Positions 26,109 through 35,361 of a DNA stretch of 43,809 nt are shown here, in pieces. How positions within the stretch are numbered: position 1 is the first letter of the stretch; each line of letters starts with the position of its first letter. The stretch is taken from positions 1 to 43,809 of the forward strand of contig JAGGVJ010000038.1 of assembly GCA_021158055.1 (NCBI GenBank). The letters run 5' to 3'. The notes below the pieces were generated by a model. It saw only the letters and a program-made list of their open reading frames with translations, was not told where the DNA came from and searched no databases. The translations under genes were made by a program, and so were the position numbers. Source of the DNA: Candidatus Iainarchaeum sp. (GTDB lineage: Archaea; Iainarchaeota; Iainarchaeia; JAGGVJ01).

Positions 26109-27290
26109 GTGTTTAAAGAAGCCTTGTTGAATCTTTCCCGGCGCAAGAGCCGCACTGTTCTTGCGTTGGTAGGGATAATTCTCGGCGTTGCGGCAATCAT
26201 AACTTTGGTTTCCGTTGTTGACGGCGTTGCTTCAAATGCCGAGGATTATCTGAGCGAGTTCAAGGGAATCAGCGTCACGCAAAAAGACGTTGTAACTCCG
26301 TTGTATAGCAGCTTTGACAGTGAATTTTTGAACAAGGTAGAAAGTATTCCGGGAGTGAATATTGTTGTTTCTGCAGTTGTCGGCCTGTCAAACGTTACCG
26401 AGCAAAAGAGGGGCGTTCGTTTTTCAAAAGAGAGGACAATGATGCAAATGACCTCGGAGATTGTTTCTTTGCTTGGTGTTGATCTGAAGAATTATTCAAG
26501 GGTGCACGGAACCGTCACCCCGTTAATCGGTGAACTTGAGGAAGGGCGCAACCTTAAAATGGGGGATGTGGGAAAGACAGTTATCTCAAGGGAGTTGGCA
26601 GACAACTACCGCAAGAGAATTGGCAATTCAATTGAACTGGCTGATAAAAAGTTTGATATTGTGGGAATTTCCAAGTCCGGGGTTTCGTTTGGCGGAATGA
26701 TGTCTGGTACTGCCGTTGTTTCAATTGATGACGCACGGGAAATGCTTGATTTGGAAAAAGACAAGGTGGGGCTATTGTATGTTGAGCCCATTGATTTTTC
26801 TAACACGAAACAGGTTGCAAACAGGATTAATTTTGTGTACGGGGATGATCTGGAGGCAAATATCCAGGGTGATTTTTTAGGGCAGGCAATGGGTATTTTT
26901 TCAAGCCTTCGTTCCCTTGTGTATGTTGTCGGCGCGATTTCTGCAATAGTTGCGGGAATCGGCATCCTTAACGTGATGCTTATGAGTGTTCTTGAACGGA
27001 CCAGGGAGTTTGGCACTTTGAGGGCTGTCGGCTGGTTGAGTTCGGATGTCATGAAGATGGTTTTGTTTGAGTCGGTTCTGCTTGGGGTGATCGGGGGTTT
27101 GCTTGGGTTGCTTTTCGGGGTTTTTATCTCGTTCCAGATTACTGCGTTGAGCGGTCTGAATACATTGGTGTCTTTTGAAGTGTTGTTTTTCAGTTTTATG
27201 TTTGCGTTGGCGGTGTCTGTTTTGGCAGGGATTTACCCTGCTTTCAGGGCGTCTAAAATGAGTGTTATGGAGGCGCTTAGAAATGAATGA
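26109..27290 (+). CDS. ABC transporter permease (MacB/FtsX family)
   Basis: RRKSRTVLALVGIILGV, GILNVMLMSVLERTREFGTLRAVG and YPAFRAS. Confidence 0.93.
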   Translation: MFKEALLNLSRRKSRTVLALVGIILGVAAIITLVSVVDGVASNAEDYLSEFKGISVTQKDVVTPLYSSFDSEFLNKVESIPGVNIVVSAVVGLSNVTEQKRGVRFSKERTMMQMTSEIVSLLGVDLKNYSRVHGTVTPLIGELEEGRNLKMGDVGKTVISRELADNYRKRIGNSIELADKKFDIVGISKSGVSFGGMMSGTAVVSIDDAREMLDLEKDKVGLLYVEPIDFSNTKQVANRINFVYGDDLEANIQGDFLGQAMGIFSSLRSLVYVVGAISAIVAGIGILNVMLMSVLERTREFGTLRAVGWLSSDVMKMVLFESVLLGVIGGLLGLLFGVFISFQITALSGLNTLVSFEVLFFSFMFALAVSVLAGIYPAFRASKMSVMEALRNE

Positions 27291-28023
27291 GAAGCCGGGT
27301 GAAAAGATTCTTGAAGCAGTGAATGTAACCAAGCATTACAGGATGGGGAATGTGACAGTCAAGGCTTTGGACGGCGTGTCTATCGAAATTAAGCACGGGG
27401 AGTTTTTGGTGATAATGGGTCCGAGCGGAAGCGGCAAGAGCACTTTGCTGCATCTTTTGGGGGCCCTTGATTTGCCCAGTTCAGGCACTTTGCTGATTAA
27501 CGGCAAGGACATTTCGCAGTTTGATGATTTTCAGCTTTCGATGTTCAGAAGGAATTACCTGGGATTTATTTTTCAGACGTTTAACCTTGTTCCCACTTTG
27601 AATTGCCTTGAAAACGTTTTGGTTTCCCTGCTTCCAAGCGGTGTGAAGTTTGAGGATGAAAAGCATGCGGTTGAGTTGCTGAAACTGGTGGAGCTTGGCC
27701 ACAGGATAAACCACCGCCCGAACATGCTTTCAGGGGGGGAAAGGCAGAGGGTTTCTATTGCACGCGCTTTGATGAACGACCCTCCTCTTTTGCTTGCCGA
27801 TGAGCCCACCGGAAACCTTGATTCTGTCAGCGGGGGAAAGATCATGTCTTTTTTGAAGGATTTGAATCGCAAGGAAGGAGTTACGATTTTGATTGTTACG
27901 CACGACAGGGACATGGCACTGTATGCTGACAAGATAATTAATATTCGCGACGGCAAGCTTTTGGATGTTGAGGTCTTAAAAGACAGGAAGATTCACAAGA
28001 AGCACAAGAAGGTGATGGTTTAA
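27283..28023 (+). CDS. ABC transporter ATP-binding protein (LolD/MacB-type)
   Basis: GPSGSGKST, LSGGERQRV, LLADEPTGNLD and VTHD. ATG at 27283. Confidence 0.95.
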   Translation: MNEKPGEKILEAVNVTKHYRMGNVTVKALDGVSIEIKHGEFLVIMGPSGSGKSTLLHLLGALDLPSSGTLLINGKDISQFDDFQLSMFRRNYLGFIFQTFNLVPTLNCLENVLVSLLPSGVKFEDEKHAVELLKLVELGHRINHRPNMLSGGERQRVSIARALMNDPPLLLADEPTGNLDSVSGGKIMSFLKDLNRKEGVTILIVTHDRDMALYADKIINIRDGKLLDVEVLKDRKIHKKHKKVMV

Positions 28024-29181
28024 GTGCACAATGTTGCTTTGCGTAATCTTTTGCGCAGAAAGAGCAGGACTGTTCTTTCTCTTGCTGCACTGATGATTGG
28101 TGTGGCGGCGATAATTGTCCTGGTTTCGCTTGTTGAAGGGATAGAGGGGGATGCTCAAAATCTTTTCGGTTCCCTGAAAACCATTGATGTCATGGAGAAG
28201 GGTGCCGGGGACCAGACCCTTTCAAGGATTGATATTTCTTATGTGAACAAGCTGGAAAATGTTTCAGGAGTAAACGCTGTTGTTCCGGAAATCTATACTG
28301 TCGTGTTTTCCATTGACGGGAAAAGCATAATGGAATCAGGCAGCGGCATGCCGTTTCTTACAGTTCTTGGGGTGGATCTGCATAAGCGCGCTTTGATGAG
28401 GTCAGACAAACTTCCTTTTATTCCTGATGTTGAAAAAGGCCGTGATCTGCGTCCCGGCGACAAGTCAAAAATAATCATTACAGAAGAGATTGCCAAAACT
28501 TACAAGAAAGTTCTCGGAAGCAGGATAAAGCTGGGTGAAAAGGGTTTTGAGGTAGTGGGTGTTTTTGGCCCTTCTTCTTCAATGATGGCTCTTGCGGGCG
28601 GGATAGTCATGGTTCCGATTGATGACGCGCGGCAGTGCGCGGGCCTTCCCGCAGGCAAGGTCGGGATGTTTGTGATTGAGCCGAGCAATCCTGAAAAAAT
28701 TGACAAGTTGGCCACAGCGCTGAAATTTAAGTTTTCTGACGAGTTTGATTTTTTCATGGCTTCTGATTACACGTCAATGATGGGTGATATGCTTGGCGAG
28801 TTGAGGTTGCTGTTGTTTTTTGTCGGCGCGATTTCCGGGTTTATTGCAGGTGTGGGGATAATGAATACGATGCTGATGAGTGTGATGGAGAGGACAAAAG
28901 AAATCGGCGCGCTTCGTGCAATGGGCTGGACCGGCGGTGACGTTGTGAGGATGATTTTGTTTGAGTCTTTGTTTCTCGGAATTTTCGGCGGTATTTTCGG
29001 CGGTATTTTCGGCTGGTTAATTTCAAGCTTGATTGGAAGCAGTTTTGGGATACTCACCCGCGTTTCACCCGGCCTTTTTGCCTTGGGCTTTGTGTTTGCT
29101 GTGTTTGTCTCGGTTCTTGGGGGTCTTTACCCTGCTTTCAGGGCGTCCAGGATGAACCCGATTGAAGCGTTGAGAGAGTGA
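28024..29181 (+). CDS. ABC transporter permease (MacB/FtsX family), paralog
   Basis: RRKSRTVLS, GIMNTMLMSVMERTKEIGALRAMGW and YPAFRASRMNPIEALR. Confidence 0.93.
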   Translation: MHNVALRNLLRRKSRTVLSLAALMIGVAAIIVLVSLVEGIEGDAQNLFGSLKTIDVMEKGAGDQTLSRIDISYVNKLENVSGVNAVVPEIYTVVFSIDGKSIMESGSGMPFLTVLGVDLHKRALMRSDKLPFIPDVEKGRDLRPGDKSKIIITEEIAKTYKKVLGSRIKLGEKGFEVVGVFGPSSSMMALAGGIVMVPIDDARQCAGLPAGKVGMFVIEPSNPEKIDKLATALKFKFSDEFDFFMASDYTSMMGDMLGELRLLLFFVGAISGFIAGVGIMNTMLMSVMERTKEIGALRAMGWTGGDVVRMILFESLFLGIFGGIFGGIFGWLISSLIGSSFGILTRVSPGLFALGFVFAVFVSVLGGLYPAFRASRMNPIEALRE

Positions 29182-29241
29182 AGCCGGTTGTGTGGAAGAA
29201 CAAGTAAGTTAAGCTGTTGAGGAAACAAAGCTAAAAACAGT

Positions 29242-29886
29242 TTATGCAAGTTTTGTACCTGTTTGCTTTTCTTTTTGTGTTATTATCGTTTCTTCGGAAT
29301 TTATTGGTTCTGCGGTTTCTGAGGGAACAGGAATTTTTTCTTCAGGTTTTAGGTGTTTGAATTTGGAGATTTCTTCTATTTGTTTTCTCGTGTCTTTTAT
29401 GGTGTTTTTAAGGTCTTTTATGAGTTGGGTGTTGTCTGTTGTCTGCATGTCTGAGTTGCATTCTGGGCATTTGAAGTTGTATTCGGAAGCTATTTCAAAA
29501 GGCATTCTTTCGCAGTTGTTCGGGCACTGGAAATAAATGTAGTTTTGTTCGTTTTCAAGTCTTTTTTCAAAATCTTCAATTGACTCGTTGTGTATTTGGG
29601 TGATCAGCTCAACGATTCTTTCCGGTTTTATGTTCCAGGTGTAAGTGTACCAGCCGGAGTTTTTGTCGCGGGTCCGCTCGTAAGTTGCTATCCCTTTGTA
29701 GTGGAGCTTGTTTAAAACAGACCTTATTTTTGTGAGTTTTGTGTCGTTTTCAAGAACGTTGAATATTTCTTCGTCTGTAAAAGACCCGTTACAAAGTGAA
29801 ATGAGTTTTGGGCATGTCTCGCCGCCAATTTCGATTAAAAAATTGTGGACAATTGGTATTTTTAATAAATTGGAAAGGTCTGCCAT
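29242..29886 (-). CDS. tfe: Transcription factor E (TFE alpha)
   Basis: wHTH TDEEI...IRSVLNKLH, RDKNSGWYTYTW, and zinc ribbon CPNNC...FKCPEC. Confidence 0.93.
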   Translation of the reverse strand: MADLSNLLKIPIVHNFLIEIGGETCPKLISLCNGSFTDEEIFNVLENDTKLTKIRSVLNKLHYKGIATYERTRDKNSGWYTYTWNIKPERIVELITQIHNESIEDFEKRLENEQNYIYFQCPNNCERMPFEIASEYNFKCPECNSDMQTTDNTQLIKDLKNTIKDTRKQIEEISKFKHLKPEEKIPVPSETAEPINSEETIITQKEKQTGTKLA

Positions 29887-29978
29887 TTAATTCAAAGTAT
29901 ATGTGTTGCTTGTTATTTATATGGTTGTTGTAAGGTATTTTTTTGTCATACTTTTTCTTATTTTTTGTTTCGGGAATT

Positions 29979-30593
29979 TTAACAGTTGTTTGTTTTTCTT
30001 TTCAGGGACTGTGTTCTCTTTTTTACTGTTTTTATGGCTTTTCCACGGGGATTCGGGCTTATTACTATTTTTGAGCCCTCAAATTTTCTTTTCAGCTCTT
30101 TTCCTTTGAAGTAGTCGTGGAGGAATATTGCAAGCGCGGATATTTCACTGTGCGGCTGGATTCCGATTGAAATGTTGTAGTCGCTTTCTTTGTATATTTC
30201 TATCGGTACTTTTTGCCCCCCGACAATTATCAGCAGATTGTTTTTTTTGTTTATTTTTTTTACGGCGCTGGAGTGGGCTTCGCCGTACATTGTCAAGTGC
30301 ACGGTTTTTCCTTTGTTTTTTTTGAATTCTTTTATTGTTTTCAGGGGATTTTCACAGTATTCTGCACTAAAGTTTCCTCCCCATGAGTCTGCGACTTTTT
30401 TTATGCTTGAAACAAGTTTTTCGTCTTTTTCCCCGCAGTAAAGTATTGCGTCTGCTCCGAATGCCCTTGCAACAAGCCCCAGGTGGGTGCTTACTCGTTT
30501 GTCGCGGGATGTTCTGTGCCCGAGCCGCAATATTGTGATGGTGGTCTCCTCCACCTCTTTCTCTTTTTCTTTTGTTTCTTTTTCATCTTTCAT
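29979..30593 (-). CDS. trm56: tRNA (cytidine(56)-2'-O)-methyltransferase
   Basis: LRLGHR..RDKRVSTHLGLVARAFGA, VHLTMYG, VGGQKVP and QPHSEISALA. Confidence 0.95.
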   Translation of the reverse strand: MKDEKETKEKEKEVEETTITILRLGHRTSRDKRVSTHLGLVARAFGADAILYCGEKDEKLVSSIKKVADSWGGNFSAEYCENPLKTIKEFKKNKGKTVHLTMYGEAHSSAVKKINKKNNLLIIVGGQKVPIEIYKESDYNISIGIQPHSEISALAIFLHDYFKGKELKRKFEGSKIVISPNPRGKAIKTVKKRTQSLKRKTNNC

Positions 30594-30643
30594 TAAATCA
30601 CGTGTTTTTGTTTGTTGAGTTGTGTTTTGTATTATATGTCAGG

Positions 30644-31891
30644 TTATAATTTTTTTATTATAATCACTGCCATTAAGAATAATGCAGCGCATAATGCAAA
30701 GGGGGCGTTTAGGCCGGCGGATGTTTTGAAGGTGTCTGAGAGTATCCCGGCGGTTACTGGTCCTGCGAGTTTCCCGGCAGATTCAACTGAACTGTATATT
30801 CCTGTGATTTCCCCGTCTTTTCCTTTTCCAAAGTCTGTGATGTATGCTTCAAGTACGGGTGCCATCATTGCGATTCCAAGCGCGACAAACAATGAGAATA
30901 CAAACAGGTAAATTATGTTGCTGCTTAAAAACAGCATTGAAAAGAAAAATGCGGTTGTTATTGCGCCTGCGTAGAGCATTTTCTTTTTCCCTATGTGGTC
31001 TGCCAAGTCGCCGAAGATGAATTGCATTGTGAATGGTATGTGAAATACTGCGTATATTATTCCTATTTGCATGAATGATGCATTGTAGTTGCTGGCTGTC
31101 AGCGCGAGGTTCATCAGGAGCATACCTATTGAAAAGCTGAGGATGAAGCGAAGCGCAGTTATGTAAATTCCTTTCCTGCCTTCTGAAACGTAGTCAATTA
31201 TTTCTTTTTCAAACAGTTTGTCTTTTATTACCACTTCGTTTATTGCTGCTGAAAGCGGTTCTGTTTTTGTCTGTTTTTCAGGAATGTTTTTCAGCAGGAG
31301 TATTGTGATTACTGCGCCTATCGGGGGAAGGTAGAACAGGTAATTTATTGGGTTTTTTTCTGCAGGAAAGGCAATTATGATGAGTGTCAGCAGTCCTGCT
31401 CCAAGTATTGACCCGGCAATGGTTGAAAGCGCATTGGATGCGGAGAATAACCCCGTGGATTCTGCTTCAAGGTGTTTCGGGCTGTTTTCGCGCACGAATG
31501 CCCTTGCAGGTATCCAGACTCCGACCGATATTATCCCGTGATATGCCCTTGCAATTATCAGGGTCTGAACGGTGGTTGTCACAGCGTAAAATGGCCCTAT
31601 GATAAGGTAGTTTAAAAGAGAGAAGATCATCACTTTTTCTTTGCTTATCTTGTCTACCAGGTCACCGACCGGGATTTTCACAAGCAGGGTCATGAGTGGG
31701 ACTAACCCCACAAGGAACCCTATTTCGGTATAGCTGTTTGCGTGATTTTTTATAAACAATGGAAAGAACGGAGTTATCACCCCCCATGAGATGCTGTATA
31801 AAAAGAACGCCAGGGAAATTCTTTTCAGGGAACTTGGAAGGCTTGATAAGTCCCTGTGTATTTTTCTGAAAAAAGAAATGTGTGCCGGCAT
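30644..31891 (-). CDS. MFS transporter
   Basis: About 12 TM helices, with motif A-like GDLVDKISK and GDLADHIGKK. Confidence 0.92.
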   Translation of the reverse strand: MPAHISFFRKIHRDLSSLPSSLKRISLAFFLYSISWGVITPFFPLFIKNHANSYTEIGFLVGLVPLMTLLVKIPVGDLVDKISKEKVMIFSLLNYLIIGPFYAVTTTVQTLIIARAYHGIISVGVWIPARAFVRENSPKHLEAESTGLFSASNALSTIAGSILGAGLLTLIIIAFPAEKNPINYLFYLPPIGAVITILLLKNIPEKQTKTEPLSAAINEVVIKDKLFEKEIIDYVSEGRKGIYITALRFILSFSIGMLLMNLALTASNYNASFMQIGIIYAVFHIPFTMQFIFGDLADHIGKKKMLYAGAITTAFFFSMLFLSSNIIYLFVFSLFVALGIAMMAPVLEAYITDFGKGKDGEITGIYSSVESAGKLAGPVTAGILSDTFKTSAGLNAPFALCAALFLMAVIIIKKL

Positions 31892-32058
31892 TTTTCTCCC
31901 CGTTTGTTGCTTGTTTTGATTTTGTTTGATCCTGTTTATTTTTGATTTTTTAGCGGTTTTGCGGATTGGGTTTTTGTTATTTGTTGTATTTCGTTAATTA
32001 AAATGTGTGTGGGAGTTTAAAATATATAGTTGGAGTATAAGTTTTTATTGTTGTTTTG

Positions 32059-32076
32059 CTGACAATATATTGTCAG
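32059..32076. promoter_or_regulatory. Perfect 18-bp palindrome upstream of tRNA-Lys(CTT)
   Basis: CTGACAATATATTGTCAG is its own reverse complement and ends 33 nt before the tRNA. Confidence 0.55.
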
Positions 32077-32108
32077 AAGATCGTTCATTCTTTTTCTGTT
32101 ATTCGCGT

Positions 32109-32207
32109 GGGCCCGTAGCTCAGTCTGGCTAGAGGAATTTTTTTTCCGGCTAAAGCACCTGACTCTTAATCAGGGAGTCGCGGGTTCAAATCCCGTCGGG
32201 CCCGCCA
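32109..32207 (+). tRNA. tRNA-Lys(CTT) with 21-nt intron at position 22/23 (32133-32153)
   Basis: Acceptor GGGCCCG/CGGGCCC, G73, encoded CCA, anticodon arm CCTGA-CT-CTT-AA-TCAGG, TTCAAAT T-loop. Intron removal restores the D-stem GCTC/GAGC. Confidence 0.93.
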
Positions 32208-32658
32208 GTTTTTTCATTGCGCTAATCAGTTTTTTTGGGTTTTGGCAGTAAAAATTTGTGTTTTTGATTTGTCCGCAGTCAGTCTGCAATATTTTGATGT
32301 TTGGCTGTTTGTCAAAGCTGCTTATCAAAACCAGTTGTTCTTTTAGGGTGGGGTGATTTTTTCCAGGGAGTTCGTGCACTTCTGTTATGTCTTTTAGTTT
32401 TATTGCTGTTATAACCGGACCGCATTGGATTACAAGTTCGTCGCTTCGCAGTTTTATTTTTCTTGCAGTAAAAAATAGGACCACGGCAGCCGTTATGGTT
32501 GCCAGGAATGCAAACACGGTTGCCTTGAAATAAAAAAGTGTGCTTGTTGACTGGAATAATGTGATTGCCATTATTGCGGATGGAAAAATCAGGAGTGCTG
32601 TTGCGCCGACCCATATCAGATCTATTCTGCCTGTTTCTTCAAAAAGAATTTCTCTCAT
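32170..32658 (-). CDS. Membrane protein with bacterial PH-like domain; 3' end overlaps the tRNA antisense
   Basis: Two TM helices followed by LVIQCG...IKLKDITEV...NPKKLISAM. The last 12 codons (LAGPTGFEPATP) are tRNA antisense. Confidence 0.65.
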   Translation of the reverse strand: MREILFEETGRIDLIWVGATALLIFPSAIMAITLFQSTSTLFYFKATVFAFLATITAAVVLFFTARKIKLRSDELVIQCGPVITAIKLKDITEVHELPGKNHPTLKEQLVLISSFDKQPNIKILQTDCGQIKNTNFYCQNPKKLISAMKKLAGPTGFEPATP

Positions 32659-32810
32659 GGTTGTTCCCTTTGTGTGAGCTGCGCAAATTTCAAATATGTT
32701 CTATTTTAGATGTATTCTATAATAATCTATATGATATATAATTTATATGACAGATTACTGTAAATTGTTTGCCTGCTATCTGCCCGGGGCAGGGGTTGTT
32801 TGGTGTTGAA

Positions 32811-33641
32811 ATGGTTTCTTTGAGTAATATTGTGGTTCCTTTGAAGGAGTCTTTTGAGTTCATGCGCAGTGAGCCGAAGGTTTTTTTGCCAAGGGTTTTT
32901 ACAACGGTTCTTTGGAGCTTTTTCATGCTTTATTATGTCAAGGTGCTGACAAGGTTTACTGTGGAGTTCATGGTTTCTCTTGACCCGCTGGCAATATTGA
33001 ATTACGCTCAGGATTTCCAGGTATTGCTTGTTTTGATTTTGCTTCTTGAATTGCTTGACGTGATTGTTTCGGGAATTTATCCTGCTTTGGTTGAACAGCT
33101 CAAGAGAAAAGAGCAGGTGAGTTTTTCAAGGGCTTTGAGTTCAATGAAAAACGCGATCCCGACGCTTTTGCTGGTCAGCGTGTTTATGATTGCCCTCTCG
33201 TTTTTGTTGATTTTTGCAGTGTTTGCATTGATTTTGTATTCGTTTTCATTTTCTGATCTTTTGTTTGGAATTTCACTGAGTTTTGCGGTGTTGCTGGCCG
33301 CAATGGTTTTGTTGGTTGTTCTTTACGTGATTTTTTATTTCAGTTTTCCGATAGCTGTTCTTGAAAGAAAAGGGTTTTTTTCAACTGTCGGGTCAAGCTG
33401 GTCTGTTGGAAAGCAAAATTTTGCACTGGTTCTTGCGATGTTTGCTGTTTCCATGGTTTCCGCGTCAATTGTTTCTTTTTCAGAGATTACTGTCCAGACA
33501 AACCCTGATGTCGCCGTGGCTGCGCAGGTAATTGGGGTAGTGGGGTTTTTGTTTTCAAGACTTGTAAATTTGCTTTCAGTCACTTACAATTCAGTGCTGA
33601 ATACAGACGTTTACCTGAATATTCCAGGTCCGTCAAGCTAA
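32811..33641 (+). CDS. Integral membrane protein (GDPD membrane-anchor-like family)
   Basis: About 6 TM helices with PIAVLERKGFFSTVGSSW. Probable ATG at 32811. Confidence 0.75.
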   Translation: MVSLSNIVVPLKESFEFMRSEPKVFLPRVFTTVLWSFFMLYYVKVLTRFTVEFMVSLDPLAILNYAQDFQVLLVLILLLELLDVIVSGIYPALVEQLKRKEQVSFSRALSSMKNAIPTLLLVSVFMIALSFLLIFAVFALILYSFSFSDLLFGISLSFAVLLAAMVLLVVLYVIFYFSFPIAVLERKGFFSTVGSSWSVGKQNFALVLAMFAVSMVSASIVSFSEITVQTNPDVAVAAQVIGVVGFLFSRLVNLLSVTYNSVLNTDVYLNIPGPSS

Positions 33642-33765
33642 CTGTTTGTTGTTTGTGAAATATATTAAAAAGGCAGTGAATATGTATTAACCTTTCCGTA
33701 AGTCCCATTCCGGAAGGGAGGAGGTAAAGCAAAAGCATATAAGTTACTTTGCTTATAAGTAATGT

Positions 33766-33897
33766 ATGGTTGATGTAAAGAATGTAAAAATTGACAAAGA
33801 GGTATGGAAAAAACTATACCTCCTGCGGATACAAAATAACAAGAAAAGCATAAGTGAAATGATAAAGGAAATTGTTGAAAAATATGAAAGCATATAA
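33766..33897 (+). CDS. 43-aa ribbon-helix-helix (CopG/TnpC-like) protein
   Basis: Manual translation: MVDVKNVKIDKEVWKKLYLLRIQNNKKSISEMIKEIVEKYESI, a strand-helix-helix pattern. Overlaps the tnpB start. Confidence 0.7.
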   Translation: MVDVKNVKIDKEVWKKLYLLRIQNNKKSISEMIKEIVEKYESI

Positions 33898-34099
33898 GTA
33901 TAGGGTTTATCCTTCAAAGGCACAAGCCATAGAAATTGACAATCAGATTGAGTTTTGCAGGAAAACTTTCAATGAATTGCTTTCGCTGAAAAAACTCGCC
34001 TACAATCAATATAGGGCAAGTCTTGGAAGAAAACACCTGTATTCAGAAGTAAAAGGCACTAAAGAAGTTGTACAAGCAAACAGCAAGCATTGTCAATGA
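33884..34099 (+). pseudogene. tnpB: TnpB N-terminal fragment
   Basis: MKAYKYRVYPSKAQ...CRKTFNELL is the OrfB_IS605 N-terminal motif. It joins right-end sequence near 34067; RuvC and the zinc finger are absent. Confidence 0.9.
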
Positions 34100-34200
34100 A
34101 TCAGGAAGCCCCACCCGTCAGGGTGGAGTAGTTCACATAAGAATTATGCATTATTATTATTATCCGGAGACAGTTGTTTGTTATTGCAAGGGGTGGGTTT

Positions 34201-35124
34201 TTGAAGTCGTTTGATTCAGCAGTAAGGTTGTTTAAGATCCCGACAAGGTTTGCGGATGCTTATTACCCGTACATTGTTCATGTTGCGGTGTCGTCAATAC
34301 TGTTTATGTTTTTGGTGAATGTTTTTTTTCTGTCTTTTAGCAGTTTAATGACCGGCTTGTTCGCAAACCCGGCGTTGATTTCAGCACTGGAAGAAAGTTC
34401 TTCGCCGGAACAAGTGTTTGAATCAATGCTGTTTTTTCTTTCAACAATAATCCCAAACCTGATAACTGTTTTCATTTTGTTTGTTGTTGCGGTGTTTGTG
34501 GCTTATTCCTGGATTGATGCCATGTATGTGTATTTTGTCAGCGGTGTTTATTCAAAGAAAAAAAGTTTAATAGAAGATTCGGCAAGAAAAGCGGCTTCAG
34601 CGGCGCCCACGGTGTTTTTTGCAAATATGGTTGTTACCGGGTTGGTTTTTTTGATTACTTTGTTTTTGACGCTTTTGTTTTTCTTCCATCTTTTTTTGAA
34701 TCCGATCGGTTTTGCGGGCTATCTTTCAACTGCCCCGGGAGTTGTTTCTATGGCGGTTAGTCTGCTGGCGTGGATATTCACCCTGGCAGTTGTCTTGTTT
34801 TTGATGTCGCCGTTTTTTATGCTTGTTGTGCCGGTGGTTGTTTTTGAGAAAAAAGGTGTTTTTGAATCCGTTAAAAGGTCGTTTTCTCACGGCCGCAAAA
34901 ACTATTTTTCTTTTCTTGCATTCAATGTGATTTACATGCTGGCAGTGATGCTTGTCGGGATAGCGATGTCTGTTTTGTATTATATTATCCTTATTCCCTT
35001 GGTTGGCCCTATTTTGTTTGCTGTTTTCACGATAGTTTTTGAAGCGTATTTGTTTGCAGTTGCAGGCTCAATGCCAACAGTGCTATACCTGGATTACGTT
35101 AAAAGATCAAAGCCTCCGCTTTGA
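34201..35124 (+). CDS. Integral membrane protein, probable paralog of 32811-33641
   Basis: About 6-7 TM helices with PVVVFEKKGVFESVKRSF. Start uncertain (34174 or TTG 34201). Confidence 0.75.
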   Translation: MKSFDSAVRLFKIPTRFADAYYPYIVHVAVSSILFMFLVNVFFLSFSSLMTGLFANPALISALEESSSPEQVFESMLFFLSTIIPNLITVFILFVVAVFVAYSWIDAMYVYFVSGVYSKKKSLIEDSARKAASAAPTVFFANMVVTGLVFLITLFLTLLFFFHLFLNPIGFAGYLSTAPGVVSMAVSLLAWIFTLAVVLFLMSPFFMLVVPVVVFEKKGVFESVKRSFSHGRKNYFSFLAFNVIYMLAVMLVGIAMSVLYYIILIPLVGPILFAVFTIVFEAYLFAVAGSMPTVLYLDYVKRSKPPL

Positions 35125-35131
35125 TTTTGGT

Positions 35132-35160
35132 AGCCACTGCGTTTATTTCAGCAGTGGTTT
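35132..35160 (+). terminator. Stem-loop downstream of the membrane protein gene
   Basis: AGCCACTGC-N10-GCAGTGGTT just after the stop codon. Confidence 0.35.
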
Positions 35161-35361
35161 GCAGACGGATGAAGCGGGGTTTTAAAGTAAAAAAGGATTG
35201 CATGCAAACAAAAACTTATGCACGCATAGAATAGTTTATATAATCAGAAAAAGATATATTGAAATATGTATTTTAAATGATATATTTTTAAGAATATGCT
35301 ATCTATTTTATATTATTTTTTAGGTGTTTAGTTTATATCTGACAATTCACTTAAATCTATT

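Larger units (their letters stand above)
33692..34136 (+). mobile_element. Internally deleted non-autonomous IS200/IS605-family (IS1341-like) element, 445 bp
   Basis: Left end follows TTAAC (33687-33691), with guide TAAG and hairpin TCCCATTCCGGAAGGGA. Then an RHH ORF and a tnpB 5' fragment. Right end is GAAG-CCCCACCCGTCAGGGTGGAG-TAGTTCAC. Confidence 0.85.

Noticed and set aside
28978-29013. 12-bp tandem repeat in the permease gene
   Set aside because: It encodes the ordinary GIFG x3 glycine-rich TM helix of FtsX-type permeases.
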